From Lama guanicoe (Eukaryota): a stretch of 64,000 nt of DNA. This document shows positions 61,752-64,000 of this stretch, in pieces; positions within the stretch are counted from its first letter, which is position 1, and every line of letters begins with the position of its first letter. Position numbers and translations under genes: made by a program. Location of the stretch: NCBI GenBank assembly GCA_013239625.1, contig MU053365.1, positions 434,001 through 498,000 of the forward strand. The letters are read 5' to 3'. The notes under the pieces are model-generated. The model was not told the origin of the DNA, made no database searches, and worked only from the letters and a program-made list of their open reading frames with translations.

Positions 61752-64000
61752 CTGATGAGGAAAAACAAAGCAACTTTATTTGTGGGCACTTTGAAAATGA
61801 AACACCTTGCTGGCACTAAACACAGCAGGCCTTTTCTAAATACTTACTGACTTAATTGGCCTAATTTTTTTTTCCAGGGGAATTTAAAGTTATTTGGTCC
61901 ATTCCCCTGGCCCCTATTGGTGCTTGATGCCCATCTGTGAGACAAAGGGCCATCCCACATCCACTTGCACACTGCCAGTGATGACAAGCTCACTACCTCT
62001 TGAAGCAGCCCAGCCCCTGTTGAGACAGCCTCATCACACTCTTCTTCCCTGTTGGGAGCTAAAAGCCTGTCTGCCAAGAGCTTCAACTTCTGCATCACAC
62101 TTTGGAGCCACATGGAACATGCCTCGTCTTCTGCCTGACAAGCCTTCTGCTGTTGGAAGACAGCAGTTGTACCCCCGGGTGCTGTCTTGTCTCCAGTCAA
62201 AGGCATCTGCAGCTTGTTCATTCAGTTATCGGGAACTTTCAACTTTTCTTCTAATGCTTGAGTTCTGTATTCTGTCAAGCACCTTAGGTGCTCCCAGGAG
62301 GGACGCCAGATCGCCTGGGGCTCTTCTAACTCAGGATATTCTGTTGCAGGTGTGATCTGCCAGCTCCCAGGAGGGTGGCCCCACCACCACCCTTGTTCTG
62401 GATACTCTGATGCTCATTTCTCTTGACGTAGCCTAATAGTTAGTGACAAGATTACGCCCAAGCTGTTGACTTTTTCCATACAAAGAGGAGGCCACCAAGG
62501 AGCATTCGTTCTCATTTAGAGAGAAGGTGACACTGGGATCGGCAGCTCTGTTCCACTCAGCTAGACACAGTGCGTTTGTAAATTCAATTCTCAACGTAGG
62601 AAAAGCCCCTCAGGTGCCCACTCTCTGCTATCAGTGGGGACACCTAGGTTCTCTCAGTCACTTTGAAAAGAGATGCTGTTCAAATCTTGCTTGAGTCTTA
62701 GGGCTCGTGGCCAATATGCTTTACCCAAAGAGTAAGAATAATTAAGTCACATGCTCAACATCCCAGCCTCAGAGAGATGACAGAGTTTGTGAGGCAGGAG
62801 GGTGCCAGCATGTGTTGATATATAAACATTAAACATAAAAATCAATGTAATGATGGAAATAAAGGCGAGCTTTGGGGGAGGGGTGTAGGGATCAAAGTTC
62901 ACGAAAGGTTTTTTTAATGAGTCAGTTACATAATACTTCTCCCCACTCTTCATGGGTAACATAATTAGTCATTTCAAAGGTAATATTAATAAGAACTCTC
63001 AGGTAGCACTAAAACATGGTTGTTTTTTTCCTTCTATAATTATCCAGTTCAAAAAGAGTCTTTGATGTCTGAAGAGCTGTAATGCAAGGAGCTACTTCAC
63101 AGATTCATTCACGGTGGCGCCGCTGAAGCAGAATTGGTAAGTGCGATTCCGAGGAGCACTGACACAGATTGGATTCTACCTAGCACTGTTTAAAAAGGAG
63201 GCGGTAAGTACATTAAAAATGCATACAAGATTTAGAGGGGATGCTTAACCTACTTAAGAGACTATTTCCAACTGTTTCTGAGTTGTGCATTTGTATGCGG
63301 TTGATAACGTTCGTGACAAATTCTACTTCTGTATTCATCAAAACTGGCCCAAAGTAACTACGTGACAACAGTTTAAAGTGGCATTCCAATTACTCTGTAT
63401 CTCTCAAATACTCGATGATTTCTTTTAAACTTCAGAGAGTTTTTCCTGAGTAAGGCTGGTCTTCTCCAATATTAGTCCCATCATTTAAAAGACATGTCCT
63501 ACTGAGCCAGAGTCAACCAAGGGGCAATATGCCGCAGCCTGGGATAGGAACGTTGTTTCTTTTCAGCAACTAGGGAAAAAATGCCTCGATCAATGAGGGG
63601 CTGAGTTATACATCCCTTTCTACCCCTGGCATTAGCAGTGTGCCTCTGGGTTTATTAAAATAAGGTGTTTCAGAGCCCTGGATGGATGAATCACTTCTCA
63701 AAGGTGTACCATCTCCCTTCTCCCCCAGACCCTCTTCATTTACTCCGGGGCAGAATCTGATTATCTTGAATTCCTGCCGGAGGGCGCCGCCCTGCTGGCC
63801 AATCCACACGAAACTACACGCACTTTCACATTTTCAATTACAACTGATTCTCTGTATTTGAAAATGTGAGATTTCAGGAAACAGCAAGCTGACTCTGTGG
63901 TACCATCGACACATTTGACTAAGATGGGGAGAAGGTAGTTGAAAGGAATATAATTTCCTGAAAGGCTATCTTCAGCCAGGACCATTGGAGCAAGCTCTAT

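Overview
Mammalian genomic DNA, most likely a camelid (camel, alpaca or llama, judged from a camelid-type tRNA-derived SINE at 24838-24944 and cetartiodactyl-type L1 3' ends). The whole window lies inside AFF2 (FMR2; AF4/FMR2 family, X-linked in mammals), transcribed on the minus strand. Five short coding exons with GT-AG boundaries and matching phases were read directly: 61751-61665 (87 nt), 56603-56567 (37 nt), 56287-56236 (52 nt), 19154-19058 (97 nt) and 1963-1926 (38 nt). They correspond to human exons 5-9 (numbering from memory) and splice to [103 protein letters not shown]. The rest is intron containing MIR, L2, L1, MER21, MLT1, MER58 and microsatellite repeats plus five short N gaps. 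Almost all ORFs in the supplied track are chance ORFs. No prokaryotic-type system is present. The best leads are: (1) a perfect 29-bp inverted repeat of pre-miRNA size with a template-switch signature inside a MIR; (2) a possible unannotated internal promoter and in-frame cassette exon just upstream of exon 9; (3) old repeats that appear strongly AT-to-GC shifted, suggesting fossil recombination hotspots; (4) a young L1 insertion whose target-site duplication spans an assembly gap. All leads are hypotheses from sequence alone, and repeat subfamily names are from recall of consensus sequences.
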